From contig OX597815.1 in the NCBI GenBank assembly GCA_951406725.2, forward strand, positions 71,920,001 to 71,984,000: a stretch of 64,000 bases of DNA, given 5' to 3'. Made by a program: the position numbers and the translations under genes. Under the pieces are notes generated by a model. It did no database searches, had not been told where the DNA came from, and saw only the letters and a program-made list of their open reading frames with translations. Source of the DNA: Octopus vulgaris. Lineage: Eukaryota. Of the stretch, positions 1-13,840 are shown piece after piece (within the stretch, counting starts at the first letter, position 1; each line of letters starts with the position of its first letter).

Positions 1-871
1 TGAAAGGATTTTGTCTATTTATTTATTTCTACTGTTCACCTGCGACGATTATTAAATTGACTAGGAATACTGTACACGATGAATATCCAATGCCAAACAA
101 TCTTAATCTCCTTATTTAAACTGCATTAAACTTTGGCAAGCTTACCTTTACTTATTCTGAGTTACTTGAAACGTGATGTTCCCCCCTATCTTCTATTTGT
201 TGATACCTTTGTTTATCTACCAATACGTTGTTCCACTTTAAGGATGCTTATTTACCTATCCATTATGATATTTAGAACGCGATATCTTTTCTCTGCGAAC
301 TACTAAAGATTCAACGCAGTATTCATAAAATGAAGTCAAACTCTTCATGTCTTCATTTTACGTTACCTGAAGTCAATATCAGAGTGGTCATACACTGTAA
401 GCAAGTAGAAAATATATTCCTTTAACTTTATATAATACCTACGAGTAGGTATTATATTGCTATTTTTTAACGTACCAATCATACTTCTCTCTGAAAAAAT
501 AGTTCCCTTTGCTATTGAATAAACTAAACTTGCAGCGGGGAAGTTTCTACGCTTTCCTTCAATTGCCTTACACCATTTATGAGGCTGTTTCTGACAAGAA
601 ATTTTGCTTTCATTTTGTAGTCATTATCCATAAAATACTCCCAAAACACTTCAGTAGTTCTACTTTGCTTTGCTTGCAAACTTATATGTTCTATGATCAT
701 TAAAGTGCAACGACCTCCACAATAACCAGCCATCAATTTGGTTTTCTGTTCCTAGGTTAATCTGAAACGTAGATTGCCGTACTACCCATAAACCTTCTCG
801 GTAGTCCAATTATTTGGTGAAAAAAAATACCACCAAAGCAACTTAAACCGTCCAAAGAACGGATGCGTTTG

Positions 872-1170
872 CTAGGACTCTCCCGTCGAAGACGACGTTT
901 GAGCGTTCATCCTGCGCTTATGAGTGAACAACCTGCACAAAATGATTTGTTTACAGTGATAAAATGTTCGCGCCGTACATTCTCCATCACTCTCTCCATC
1001 ACATTGACGTTGCCTGAACAGGTGCTCTGTGTGTGACGCGTCAGGTGCTGAAGTGATCGTAGAATAACTTGAGGTTTTTTCCTCAAGAACACAACGCATC
1101 AACTAGTCTAAGAATTGAACTCCCGATCTAGCGATCGTGAGTGAAACCCCCTAAGCACAAGGCCATGCGC
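872..1170 (-). mobile_element. Degenerate tRNA-derived SINE
   Basis: Minus strand has a tRNA-like head followed by TGCGTTGTGTTCTTGAG, also seen in the copy at 1275-1500. Confidence 0.55.
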
Positions 1171-1220
<50 letters not shown>

Positions 1221-1221
1221 A

Positions 1222-1273
<52 letters not shown>

Positions 1274-1274
1274 G

Positions 1275-1500
1275 GACTCTCCCATCGTTAGACGACATAT
1301 GAGGGTTCGGCAATTTCTTGCCGAACAACCACACAGATCACATGTACAGTAGCACCGTGAGCCACATGACAAAATGATCACAGAGCAACGTGAAATGAAG
1401 TGCTTTGCTCAAGAACACAACACAACGCTCGGTTTGGGAATCGAACACACGATCTAGCAATTGTGAGTGCAACACCCTAACCACTAACCCATGCACCTTC
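1275..1500 (-). mobile_element. tRNA-derived SINE
   Basis: Minus strand GTGGTTAGGGTGTTGCACTC...GTTCGATTCCC (A/B boxes), then GTTGTGTTCTTGAGCAAAGCAC; 3' end abuts an (AAT)n tract. Confidence 0.65.
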
Positions 1501-1502
1501 AT

Positions 1503-1541
<39 letters not shown>

Positions 1542-1576
1542 TAAATATATATGTGCGTGTGTGTGTGTAAACACAT

Positions 1577-3170
1577 TAGGGATGCGCCAAGAAAGGAAAA
1601 TTTGAGCCATTAGAAGAACTGCTCGATATCACCAAAGTCCACAGTGAAAAGCTCAATGCTGATAACAAAAAATTGTACTCCATCCAGCTTCAAAGCAAGG
1701 GCAAAGTGGGCTATTCGACAGGTAAAGCTGCAAGCAAGCACACTATCCATCTTTCCAAGAGATGCTGAAGCCTCCCATTATTTATCAAACCCAAGGCCCT
1801 GGGTACTGACAAGTGACTCTGAAGAAGATATTGAAAAGTACAATTATGGTGAAGATGACAGAGTTGATTAAAATGATAGTGATAGTGGTGGCTCTTATTC
1901 CTTCACAAGAAGTCGCAAGGAATCTGAAATTGCTACGAGACTTGTGACTGGTACAGACGTCTCTGCCAACATAGCTTCGAAAATCTGAAAATAGTTGTCA
2001 GAGGAGGGCATTGATATCCTAGCTCCTAGTCAGCAAAGCATTTACGAGGTACTCTTCAAGAAATCTGGTGAAATGAAGAAACACTTGATCAATATACTAC
2101 GCAATCAGAAACGGAGCCTGCATTTCGATGGTAAACATATTGACGGAAATGAATATCAAGCGGTTATCACTAAGAATGAAAGAGGTGAAATCAAGCTGGC
2201 TGCTCTGAAGCTGTGTGATGGCAAGGCTGAGACCATTGCAGAATGATTGAAAAGCGTCTTGGACAAATTTCACTTGTAGGACACAAACTCAATGTTTATT
2301 GCTGATACGACGAGTGTAAATACAGGACAAAAGAGTGGGGTAGTAATTAGATTGCAGAGAATGTTCTTGACGAAAGGCCATGACAAGCCATAATTCGTGA
2401 ACTGTCAACACCTTGTCTTGGACAGAATTCTACGCGTTGTTATGGATGAGGAGCTAGCAGGCGCAAGCAAGTCACCCAACATTGAATATTTTTTGTCAAA
2501 GGACTCAGAAACAATTTGTGAAGAACTCCAAGCCTCCTTCCAGAATAGAACTCATGTTATTGAAGATCAAGCTGGCTGGAGAGATGATATGAAGTTTCTG
2601 TTCCACTTCAGGTTCTTCCATGAAAACGGAGACCCATCTTTCATCAAGTTTCTGAAAAATTCGAACATCAGTAATGCCAGCAATCTTAGCCCTTCTTGCA
2701 TTTTTCTTCATTCCACATGTGAGAGAAAGATTGGAGATGGTCTGCCAGTTCATCTCATATGACTGGGTAGACCACTGGTTCAGTATAGAGCTGAAGATTA
2801 TGCAGAGCTATCACAAGCTTTACTACCCAACAAGACTGCTTTGAAATGCTTGACAAGTCACCGGAAACAAGAGCCATCAAAATTAAACATCAGCAGAAGC
2901 AATCAACGCTGTGAGCGAGCAATTAAGACGATACAAGAACTACATGCCACATGCAAGAACAAAGCCAACCTACCATTGCGCTTCATTCTCTCTAATGACT
3001 TGCTGCGACTTGACTATTGACTTATTTGACTTTATATGATTTACCTTCTTTTCATTGTTCTGGAATACAGAAGACAGTTCTTTTAACAGTTATGGATTAA
3101 ACGTTTTGGATTTTTTCCATATTTTTGTTTACTGTTCAACCAGTGTTCTAGTTTTTGGAAATCCACCCAA
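1577..3170 (+). pseudogene. Decayed DDE transposase, hAT-like (probably hATm group)
   Basis: Motifs across stops and frameshifts: LHFDGK, ADTTSVNTG.KSGV, CQHL (CxxH-like), C-terminal NQRCERAIK; termini uncertain. Confidence 0.7.
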
Positions 3171-3242
3171 ATGTAACTGACAAGAAAAATTTCAGTTGTA
3201 CAGTTTCGTAGTTGTACAACTGTATCTACTTCCTCACTTGTA

Positions 3243-3291
3243 CGTCTGATGATGTAGAAGCGTACCTGCAACTACGAAACTCTAAGTAACG
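3243..3291 (+). ncRNA. Type I hammerhead ribozyme-like fold
   Basis: CGT-CTGATGA-T-GTAG..CTAC-GAAA-CTCTAAG-TA-ACG: stem I CGT/ACG, stem II GTAG/CTAC, short stem III, GUA site. Confidence 0.6.
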
Positions 3292-3731
3292 AAGATTGTG
3301 AGTAAGCCTGTTATTAATCACATACGCACATATACACACATGTACGACAAACAAATACACATATATTAAAGTATATTATATGGTCGTTCTGTGAACTGAA
3401 CATCGGGACATAAAGTGACAGTTTTATTGGACAATTTTAGGCGATTATCAAACTAATCCACAGCTTTGCAATTCCTTAATCTCTCATCAAAACTCATTTA
3501 ACCCTGCTGTCCTGATAGCTTATAAAAAAATATCAGTGACTGGTCATACAGAAAATGCTTCGTAACTCAAGCAACGGTGAACTCATTTGCATATTAGTAT
3601 TGGTTTGGTAACTAATATCAGAGATGGCTAATACATCAACAGGCTGTGAAAACGGAACATTGAAAATGTTGATGTACACTGAGACGCTTAAAGTATAGTC
3701 TCGTCGGAGAATAAAAGTCGGAAGATTTGTG

Positions 3732-3732
<1 letters not shown>

Positions 3733-3792
<60 letters not shown>

Positions 3793-3835
3793 TACACACA
3801 CACACACACACACACGCGCGCACATTCATGTGTAT

Positions 3836-3870
<35 letters not shown>

Positions 3871-4045
3871 GGAGAGACGAGAGGGTATTTTCAGAAGCCA
3901 GTATCAGCGTACCTTCCAAATAAATAGCCAGCATCCATAAGTATGATATAAGATATACACACATACATACACACACGCAGACAAATACACACACAAACAC
4001 ATATATATGGTATATATATATATATATTCTTATATATATATATGC

Positions 4046-4078
<33 letters not shown>

Positions 4079-4110
4079 AATGCTTATACGCATATATATC
4101 TATGCCTATA

Positions 4111-4169
<59 letters not shown>

Positions 4170-4184
4170 TCTAAGGTATATATA

Positions 4185-4262
<78 letters not shown>

Positions 4263-4266
4263 TCCT

Positions 4267-4339
<73 letters not shown>

Positions 4340-4375
4340 TTATATGTATGTATGTATATATATATATAATATATT
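3733..4375. repeat. Compound (CA)n/(GA)n/(TA)n microsatellite block
   Basis: Directly visible. Confidence 0.95.
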
Positions 4376-4419
4376 TAATAATAAATCTCTGAACGAGATA
4401 TAAACAGTAACTGCTCGAC

Positions 4420-4587
4420 AACGTAAGGGGCATCAGCCATCTGAATGTGGCTAGGGACAGGGTGGGGCTGTGGGGTGTCAGCCCTTCTGGTGACGTTGAT
4501 GATCGCCTGGGGCTAAAAGCATCAGTAACACCCCCACCACCCCGCCCTGTCCCTAGCCACATTCAGATGGCTGATCCCCCTTACGTT
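4420..4587. repeat. GC-rich inverted repeat, 48-bp arms, 72-nt spacer
   Basis: 4420-4467 versus 4540-4587: 46/48 complementary. Confidence 0.9.
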
Positions 4588-4849
4588 AATATATTTAATG
4601 CTTTATATTTAATTCTTAAATAATTCTTATTGACGCATCGTACCTTTTTTATTTCTTTTATATATGTATATACATATGTATATTTTTACTTTTATATACA
4701 TATTTATATTTATTGCATATCTTTTACTTTTTTTATATTTATATATATTATCTATATTTAATTCTTATTTACATATGCAAATCACATATCGTACTTTTTT
4801 CTATGTATGAATGAGCTACTCCGCGTCGGTCACTGGAGTGATATTTTAT

Positions 4850-7090
4850 CACTTTATAGAGTGTTTGAGTGTCGGTTTGGTGTCTGGAATGGGATAGCTT
4901 ACCTCATGGGCAGGTAGAAGCTCTTTAACCTTGGTTGGTAATCTGCCTAGGAGAAGGAAATCTCTGAAATAAAACCTGAGGCCTTGGAAGTTCCTGGTCT
5001 TGTCAATTTTCACGTCACACCGGTGAAAGTCTTCTTGGGCCAATAGGTGGGGGTAGTGCAGTGCAAGCTACATCCACTGAAAATTATTCATCTGCACAGG
5101 TACTTACTGTATTCCAAATCTTAGTAAAATCATTGAATTGTTTGGTTGGCAGAAACCTAAAAATGCATTTGTAACTTACTCTAAAATGTCTCAAGCAGAT
5201 TCAGTAAATGGCAAAAAAAGGCTTGGGAACGTCAGGGGAACAGGTCTGGCTCGGCAGGTGTCCCAGTGTATCACAGGCTGGACCCGTTCGTCATCCTGCC
5301 ACTGTAATCAAACATTCTTCAAGAAAAAGTAAAAATAAACATCCTTTGAATTTCGGTTGTTGGAATGTGCGCACACTTCCTGATGATAATTTCAACAAGA
5401 GGCCAGAAAGGCGTACTGCACTTATTGCACGTGAGCTTATGATTTACCTTCTTTTTATTGTTCTGGAATACAGAATACAGTTCTTTTAACAGTTATGGAT
5501 TAAACGTTTTGGATTTTTTCCATACTTTGATATAGTTGCGCTCTCTGAAACTCATCTCTCTGGTGAGGGTCAAGTAAATGAACCTACTTATGGATATACT
5601 ATCTTTTGGAGAGGCCTACCTAAGGGTTAGTGTAGAGAATCTGGTGTTGGGTGCAGAGCTTCCAAATAGTATATATGAATGGATCATGTCATGCCGTATT
5701 AAACTGACAAAAGGTAGGTTTCTTTCTGTTGTCAGTATTTACGCACTAACAATGTCCCATTCTGATGAAAATGTAGGACAGTTTTATGATGATCTAGCAC
5801 AATTATTGAGGTAAGTACCAATTTCTGACAAGCTAGTCATATTGGGAGATTTCATAGCCTGTTTAGGTCGACATGGGATTAGAAAATGTAATAAAAATGG
5901 AATAGCTATTTTGACGTTTTGTACTGAGAATAATCTGGTTGTCACCAACACTCTGTTTAAGCAGCAAAATAAATATAAAACTACCTGGATGCATCCAAGA
6001 TCTAAGCACTGGCATCTCATAGATTATATTCTGATCAGAAAACGTGATACGAAAGACGTTTCTAGCGTTCGGGTCATGAGAGGGGCAGAGAGCTGGATGG
6101 ACCACCATCTTGTGCGTGGAAAAATAGATTTTTCGATAATGCCTAAAAATCGTCAGTCTGTTCCTAAGGTACCCAAAAAGTTAAATGTTGCAAACTTTAA
6201 ATTATCAAGCAACTTGCAAAGATTCCACGATGCTATAGAAAGTATCAATTTTGACCCAAACAATCTATGGGAAGATTTCAAAGCAAAAGTATTTCAGGCT
6301 GCAAGTTCGTCAGTGGGATTTAAATCAGATAGATCAGCAGAAATTCATGATCGACTTTTAGAAAAACAAAACTTAGGCATTACACTTCTTTCAAAGTCCT
6401 TGAATCCCAACTCAAACGAAGCTTACAGAAAGCCGAAAAGGAAAGTGCAGACTTCTCTAAGGAAAATTAAACAGGAATGATAGCAGCTGATAGAAATGAT
6501 GCCAAGGGTTTGTACTCTTATGTTAAGGAGGTATATGGCCCAAAATCTTCTCCAATAGCTCCAGTGAGAACAGCAAATGGACGTTTGCTTCTGACCGACA
6601 CCGTTTCTATTCATAAGCACTGGGTAGAACATTTTCCTGCACTTTTGAATAGATCATCATCCACTGACATGAGGACGATAGAAAAAAATCGAACACCTTC
6701 CAGTTATAGAAGAAATGGCATTTGAATCAACTCTAAATGACATTTATTTTGCTGTGAATAAGCTGAATAACAATAAGTCTCCAGGGTCTGATGGAATATG
6801 TGCAGAATTCTTGAAATATAGGGGTGACAAAATGCTTGAACTCTTAAATATGTTAATTTGTCACTGTTCAATTTGTCACTGTTGGAGAACTGAGAAAGTG
6901 CCTCAAGACTGGATTGATGCCATTTTAGTCTCCTTGTATAAATCGGGGCCAAAGGATCTGTGTGGTAATTTTCGTGGGATTTCGGTTTTGTCTGTGGTTG
7001 GAAAGGTACTTGTCCGCATTTTGTTAGAACGTTTAAATACCTTCATAGTTCCAAATATAGTGTCTGAGTCACTGTAGTTTTCGTTCCTCC
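4850..7090 (+). mobile_element. RTE-clade LINE fragment (5' UTR, APE endonuclease, RT N-terminus), inactivated
   Basis: GCWNVRTL...RPERRTALIAREL, DIVALSET, GDF, TTWMHPRSKHWHLIDYIL, DH, KSPGSDGI, NFRGISVLSVVGKVL; many stops and frameshifts. Confidence 0.9.
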
Positions 7091-7094
7091 GGGA

Positions 7095-8182
7095 ATGTAC
7101 CCCTTCAGCTGTACATTTACCTCTTCCTTGCATCCACCTCCTCCTCTCGAGTATGGGAGTGCAGACGTCTCCACAGACCAAGAAATCACGAATGGATCCC
7201 TCTTCAGTTTTAAGACCCATATCAACTCTGCTAGCGATGTGGACTTATGCTTACTGTAGTTCTTAAAAGAGTGGACGTGATTATAAAATCTACGTTTAAA
7301 TTGTGAAGCAGTGGCTCCTATGTAGTGGAAGGTATTACTATCGGTAGTAACAGTGCCCCTGTATACTATGTTCTTCCTGAGGCACTGATTGTCCAGGGAA
7401 CACGTAGAAGGTCTACAACTGTTATAGAGCCGTGTGGGATCTTGCATAGTCGGGGTTCTATTAAGTTACCCCAGTTCTGCCGAATGTATGGGATGAGGTA
7501 CCGTGTTATTAACTACCTGCTGGCCGTTAGCGTCACTCGTATTCTGGGCCGGGCTGGGGTAAAGAGGTTTACCAGGATTATATGGTGGATCCGAATCTGT
7601 CCTAGGATCCAATATTTTCTTTAGGGTAGCTGTAGTATGTACAAAGTTATGTGTAGTCGAATAGGATAACTTTAAGTTGTGCTTATTAAAGATTTTGTGG
7701 TATCTGTGTGTGGGAGGAAAGTGCCTGTCTAGTGCTCTAAAGAAAATACCGGGTACGTCAATGCAAAAAGAGGGTTGAACCATATTATACTCTACTTGCG
7801 TGCCCGGTTATTCCACTTTCTATGCTGCAGATCAGAGACCCCGTAAGACCTTGCTTACGTGTGTTGGGTTTGCTCCTTTGTTTAGGGCGTTGTTCGACAA
7901 GTTTTTCATTAGGGTCTAATTTCTTAGTGACCACATTTGTTGGGTGTTGTGTACCTATCCAACATCCGCGTGGGCGTAAATCCGTGCCTCCTATTATATG
8001 GTCTTGCGTAATTAACTCAGAGTTTCGATGCGTCAGGAAGTGATTAAAAGTGGGAACCGGGATGTCCACCGCTGGTATGTATGAGATCTTCTCTGCGTAC
8101 CCAACCCTGGCCAGTGCTTCGTTGTGGTGCCGGATGTTCTGCGTGAAGATGTCACTATTCGCAGACAGCCTCGATATTTTAG
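7095..8182 (-). mobile_element. Penelope-like element fragment (RT C-terminus and GIY-YIG endonuclease)
   Basis: CL.KNIVY...YIGAT..QFKRRFYNH..SF...STSL..LIW (GIY-YIG); LDRHFPPTHRYHKIFNKHNLKLSYS; frameshifted and 5' truncated. Confidence 0.85.
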
Positions 8183-8199
8183 CAGATGCATATAGATAT

Positions 8200-8242
<43 letters not shown>

Positions 8243-8292
8243 CATATATATAAATATATATATATGCATATAAATATATACATACATGCATA

Positions 8293-9109
8293 TCTATTAT
8301 ATAAAATCCGTTCTGTCTGTCTGTGTGTGTGTCTTCTAGGATCTCGGGCATCCTCCATCCGATTGCGCTCAAATTTGATATGTATCAGGGCGTGTATCAG
8401 TCTTGAAAAAATTACAACAATCAGGGCGTGTATAAGTCTTGAAAAAATTACAACAATCGATTCTAGGTGAGAATGCGATCGATAAAGCCGTGGGAACGTG
8501 CATTTACACGCGCAAGTACATCAGCTGTTGTAATTGCGAGAAAAATGCACGTGCAGTTTGCACAAAAAAAGCCGGCTGGCTTGAAATAATGCCATAAAAT
8601 GCAGTATATTTAAGAGACCAAAAAAGTAAGATGCAAAGAGATATTTTCTTGAAACTTGGCATGAATGAAGGAAAGACTATTTGGTTTCTCAAGAAGTTTT
8701 TTTTTTGCCTTAACTTCGTTTAACAAAACCCAAAATTTTATTGAAATAAAGGCATGCGTAATTATTTTTTAATGAAAAGAAAACACTGATTGTTTTTTAT
8801 TCAAGGTGGAAAATACTATTTTCTAGCTAATAAATGATTTACCATGTTTGTGTTCTCCCAGTCAACAGCCTTATCATTACTGGTACTTTAAACTCTTCGG
8901 TTGCATATTTGTGTGGATAAAATCGTTTTCCTTTGGAATAGAAAAGAAGTCTATTTTTATTTCTTCTTTTGCTAGTGTTTCAAATTTAGGTTAAATCAGT
9001 GTTTATCAAAGGGAAGTCCTATGGGACGGTCGGACAAGTTGTTTTGAGAAAATTTGGTTTGAATATTTGACAACTCAGCACCGTCCATTGGACGGGGCGC
9101 GTTTTGCTC

Positions 9110-9110
<1 letters not shown>
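8293..9110 (+). mobile_element. Non-autonomous Helitron-like element
   Basis: A|TC start (TCTATTATATAAAA), (CTGT)n near the 5' end, subterminal hairpin CCGTCC-ATT-GGACGG at 9081-9095, CTCG|T end (CTAG variant), internal 36-bp tandem duplication near 8385-8460. Confidence 0.7.
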
Positions 9111-9169
<59 letters not shown>

Positions 9170-9288
9170 GCGCTAACCAGTGATGTTTATAAATACAAAC
9201 TTGTTACCGGTTGAAATATGCTTGGGGCATATTCGAAACCGTATGAAAGCTGTTCACTGTATTTTCTCATGGAGAACATTTCTCACTA

Positions 9289-9361
<73 letters not shown>

Positions 9362-9664
9362 TGTGTCTGTGTGTCTGTGCATGTACTCTTTCGCGCGCGT
9401 AACATGCGTATACATACTTTGTTGTATATTATATATTAAATTATATTACATTAAATTATATTAAATCATATCACTGTCCGCTTTGCTTTAGCAAGAATAA
9501 CTTGTATTAGTAAGTTCCCGTGTCGAAGTAGTTATGTATGTGGATGTGTGTGTGTGTGTGTGTGTGTATGTGTGTGTGGATGTGTGTGTGTGTGTTTGCG
9601 TATGAAGCATTGGATATCTTATCTATTCTTTAGCCTGTCTTTTTTTCTTTTTTATATATTATAT

Positions 9665-9990
9665 TTTATGCAATTCCAATCTATTGTACTTGAGACACCA
9701 TATGCATCCCCAGAAACATGTTTTCATTGTTAGCAAAACTCAGAATTAACTGCTTGCATTAACTATTATATGCATATTCAATATATCCAACCAAACTAAG
9801 TAATTATTCAACTTATTTCAATTGGTGAAAAATAAGCATTTCGTTTTATATGCAATTCCGATCAACTACACTCAGGATACCACTCATATCCTGAGAAACA
9901 CGATTTTATTGCGAGTAAAATCTTCAGTCTTTAACTGTTTGCATTACCTAAATATATTCTAATATATTCAACCAAAATAAGACATTATTC
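9665..9990. repeat. Old tandem duplication, about 180-bp period
   Basis: ATGCAATTCC...AGAAACA...TTAACTG.TTGCATTA...CAACCAAA.TAAG occurs twice. Confidence 0.7.
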
Positions 9991-10089
9991 TACTTTATAG
10001 TGAATTAAACTGACTTCGATAAGTAAATAACTTTTAACTGGATCCAAAAAGTTCTGGTTTTTGGTCTGAAACAGATAGTTTATTGCATA

Positions 10090-10600
10090 TAGCTTTGTGT
10101 CTATTTCTGAAACTATGTAGACTGAGAAAATGTGGAAATAAGTATTGTGTCAGTAGAATTTTATCACCTTGTGTCTATTCTGAAAATTATATAGACTGAA
10201 CAAGCATTGTATTTAGTGTTCTATCCAGAAACATAGTTTGAAGGTTGCTGTTTCAATACCTTTAGTCTATTCCCGGAAACTACGTAAACTGGCACAGTGT
10301 AGAGGTAATGTAAGACAAACTCTACGATGTCAACGGTTCTGCTAGAGATAGCAACAAAATTTCTCTCAAATTATAACCAATCACACAATAAGACACACAA
10401 GATAATATTTAAACACCTTGAGATTATTTCTGAAAATTATGTTCACTGAGATAACGTAGAATTTAACTTCTGTCTGCAAACAGTTTTCGGGCTAATATTT
10501 CAATATATTTTGTCACTTCCTGAAAATTATATAGACAAATAACGTAGAATTTAGTGTACTGTCCAGAAATATTTCTTGTTGGTTAGTGTCTCAAAATCCT
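10090..10600. repeat. Degenerate minisatellite, about 75-90-bp units
   Basis: Recurrent TCTATT..TGAAA.TTAT.TAGACTGA motif near 10096, 10170, 10263, 10422 and 10511. Confidence 0.6.
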
Positions 10601-11439
10601 TATCCATGTGGTTGTTTCTTCTTTACGAAATATTTCTAAAAAGATTCGAAACCGTCTCACTGAATCGGCTTGCCAGGAGCTTCTATCTTTGCCAAAGAAA
10701 CTCGCCACACATGGGAATTTAATATGGTAAATATCGATCGAATTTAACTCCAAGGTCAAATGTTAAGTTTTATATTGATGGATCACTTAGCAACCACAGA
10801 CTTTAATGGAATGTTTCAGTCCCGAAAGCCAGTGGATAGAGTTCGGTGATAGGCCACCGTGTATGTGTGAGTATGTGTATGTTCATGTATGTGAGCGCGT
10901 TTATGTGCGTGCATGTGGAGAATTATATTTGTATAGTAACTAGGATTACAAATCAATACCTAAAGGTTTCGTGCAACCAGCCTTGCACGAAAAAGAGAAA
11001 TGAAACAAGAATACATACGAAAATACATACATATACAAATGCACACAAACATACATACATAAATCTACACATCTTCGCATCCATCCATACATACATGCAT
11101 ACATACGCACACACATACATACATACATACATACATACATACATACATACATACATACATACATACATACATACATACATACATACATACATACATACGT
11201 TGGTTACTACGAATTATACCATAGACTGAGAGAGGGTCCACATGGTCAATCGATCTATTACAATTAGCAACCAAATTTCTTTCAAATCATGTCCTGTCAT
11301 ATGAAAAAGGCGATATACTGGGATTATATGGCGTTATATGTATATATTGTTTGACCGAAAATGTCCGGATTGCCACGTCTGGAACGCATTCAACAATAAG
11401 TCTACCCGATCGAAGCAGATCTTGAGTAAAACAACAACA

Positions 11440-11488
<49 letters not shown>

Positions 11489-11629
11489 TTATTATTACTA
11501 CTACATTAGCGAAACTGATAAAATTTATATTTTTGTATGGCAAAGCATAAATAAACAGAAGTTATGTGTGTGTGCGTGCGTGCAGAGGAGTGTACCTGAA
11601 TGCGCGCACGTGTGCGTGTCTGTGAGTAT

Positions 11630-11688
<59 letters not shown>

Positions 11689-12060
11689 TATCTTAAATAT
11701 ATCTTAAATACGCATATACATATATCAGCCAGTTGTCCATACGACATAAAAAACACACGCTCAAAGAGAATCTGAGCTGGCTGATTGACTGAGGGGATAA
11801 CATTCCTAAAACAATTCGTGTGATTCGAGTGATTTCTTGAGCTTAAAAGGTGAAATTTTTGGCGGTTGCACTCATAACAGAAAATTCATTTTGGAACGTG
11901 GTCTTCCACGCTTGCAAACCAGAAAACGAACAAAAGACACGAAACTAATGGTAAATTTTTGACCGGTTATACATCATAACCAGGAATATACTGCTCGACT
12001 ACATACATACATACATACATACATACATACATACATTACATACATACATACATACATACA

Positions 12061-12091
<31 letters not shown>

Positions 12092-12158
12092 CATACATAC
12101 ATACATACATTACATGCTTGCATGTATGTACGAATATGTGTGTGTATATATAAAAGTT

Positions 12159-12365
12159 ATTTGTTTCAGTCATTTGATTGCGGCCATGCTGGAGCACCGC
12201 CTTTTGTCGAACGAATCGACCTCAGGACTATTCTTTGTAAGCCTAGTACTTATTCTGTCGGTCCCTTTTGCCGAACTGCTATGTCATGGGACTGTAAACA
12301 CACCAACGTCGGTGGTCAAGCGATGGTGGGGAACGGGGACAAACACAGACACACAAACATATACA

Positions 12366-12419
<54 letters not shown>

Positions 12420-12575
12420 GATTCTTTTAGGTTTCCGTCTACCAAATCTACCCACAAGGCTTTGGTTGACCCGAGGCTAGAGTAGAAGTCACTTGCCCAA
12501 GGTGCCACGCAGTGGGACTGAACCCTGAACCATGTGGTTGGTAAGCAACCTACTTACCACAAAGCCACTCCTGCA
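12159..12575 (-). mobile_element. tRNA-derived SINE family A (CORE-like middle, internal (TG)n)
   Basis: Minus GGAGTGGCTTTGTGGTAAG...GGTTCAGTCCCACTGCGTGGCACCTTGGGCAAG...ACTGAAACAA; many copies in window. Confidence 0.9.
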
Positions 12576-12776
12576 CCTATGTGTGTGTGTGTGTGCGCGC
12601 GCATGTGTGTGTATTATTTGTATATATATATATATATACAGACATACATGCAGAGAGAGTAAATGAGAGAGAAATATATATAACTATGTATACATGTATA
12701 TACATATTCATATGTTCATGCATGTATATAAATACATACATACATATATATATATATATACACATATATATGCATG

Positions 12777-12846
<70 letters not shown>

Positions 12847-12865
12847 TAGATAGATAGATAGATAT

Positions 12866-12920
<55 letters not shown>

Positions 12921-12978
12921 TGAATGTATGTACAGATACATTTTTTGCACACACATGTAAATATATATGCACATGCAT

Positions 12979-13030
<52 letters not shown>

Positions 13031-13454
13031 TTGTGTGTGTGTATATATTTGTGTGTGTGTATATATATTTGTGTGTGTGTGTGTGAAGCTCGTTAGCAGT
13101 CTATTATTCTCAGAGGAAACAATCCTCAGTTACCGACAGAAGAGGAAAAAAAAACGAAACGAGTAAATGATACAGCACCACAATCAATGACAGGAAATAC
13201 ACAGACCTCATTCTAAATCAAGAACTAAAAGCACTACACTGTTCGTCACCATCTTTGATTCAGAATAGCCGTTGGCTGTCAAGCAGAGATGATACATGGT
13301 CACGTGGCAGAATTTGTTTTTTTGTACGTGACGTTCGTCGGCTTGAGTCTAACAAGCCAGAAGTTCATGGGTGTGAAAGATGATTTCTCTAAGGAAGAAT
13401 TACATTAAAGATTTGGGAATTTAAGGTCGAAATTAAAAATAGCAACAGACATGG

Positions 13455-13840
13455 TTTTGTGGTTAAGAAGCTTGCTTTGCAATCACGTGTTTTACTTTTT
13501 TATCTATTTTTTTCCAGGTGAATCTCACAGCGTGACACCTTAGGCAAGTGTCTTGTACTGTAGCCCAACCAATACCTAGTGAATTAATTTGGTAGATGGA
13601 AACTGTGTGGAAGCCATTCGTATATGTGTTTGTATGTGTGTCTTTGTGTTTGTACATGCCTCCCACTGCTTGACAACCGGTGTTAGTTCGTTTACGTACA
13701 GTGCTGGTTTGTTTGCGTCTCATGGCAAAAGGCATCTAAAGAATAAATAGACTTTAAAAAAGTACTGGCGTCAGTCTGTTCGACTAAATCCTTCGAGGCG
13801 ATGCCCCAACATGGCCGCTATCTAATGTCTGAAACAATGT
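13455..13840 (+). mobile_element. SINE family A, diverged copy
   Basis: GTGGTTAAGAAGCTTGCTT...CACCTTAGGCAAGTGTCTT...ATGGCCGC...TGAAACAA. Confidence 0.75.

Noticed and set aside
4810-4865. Possible HDV-like ribozyme at the RTE 5' end (TCCGCGT, GG, AGTGATA/TATCACT hairpin)
   Set aside because: P1, P2 and P3 partners and the catalytic C could not be assigned; only a family consensus could rescue it
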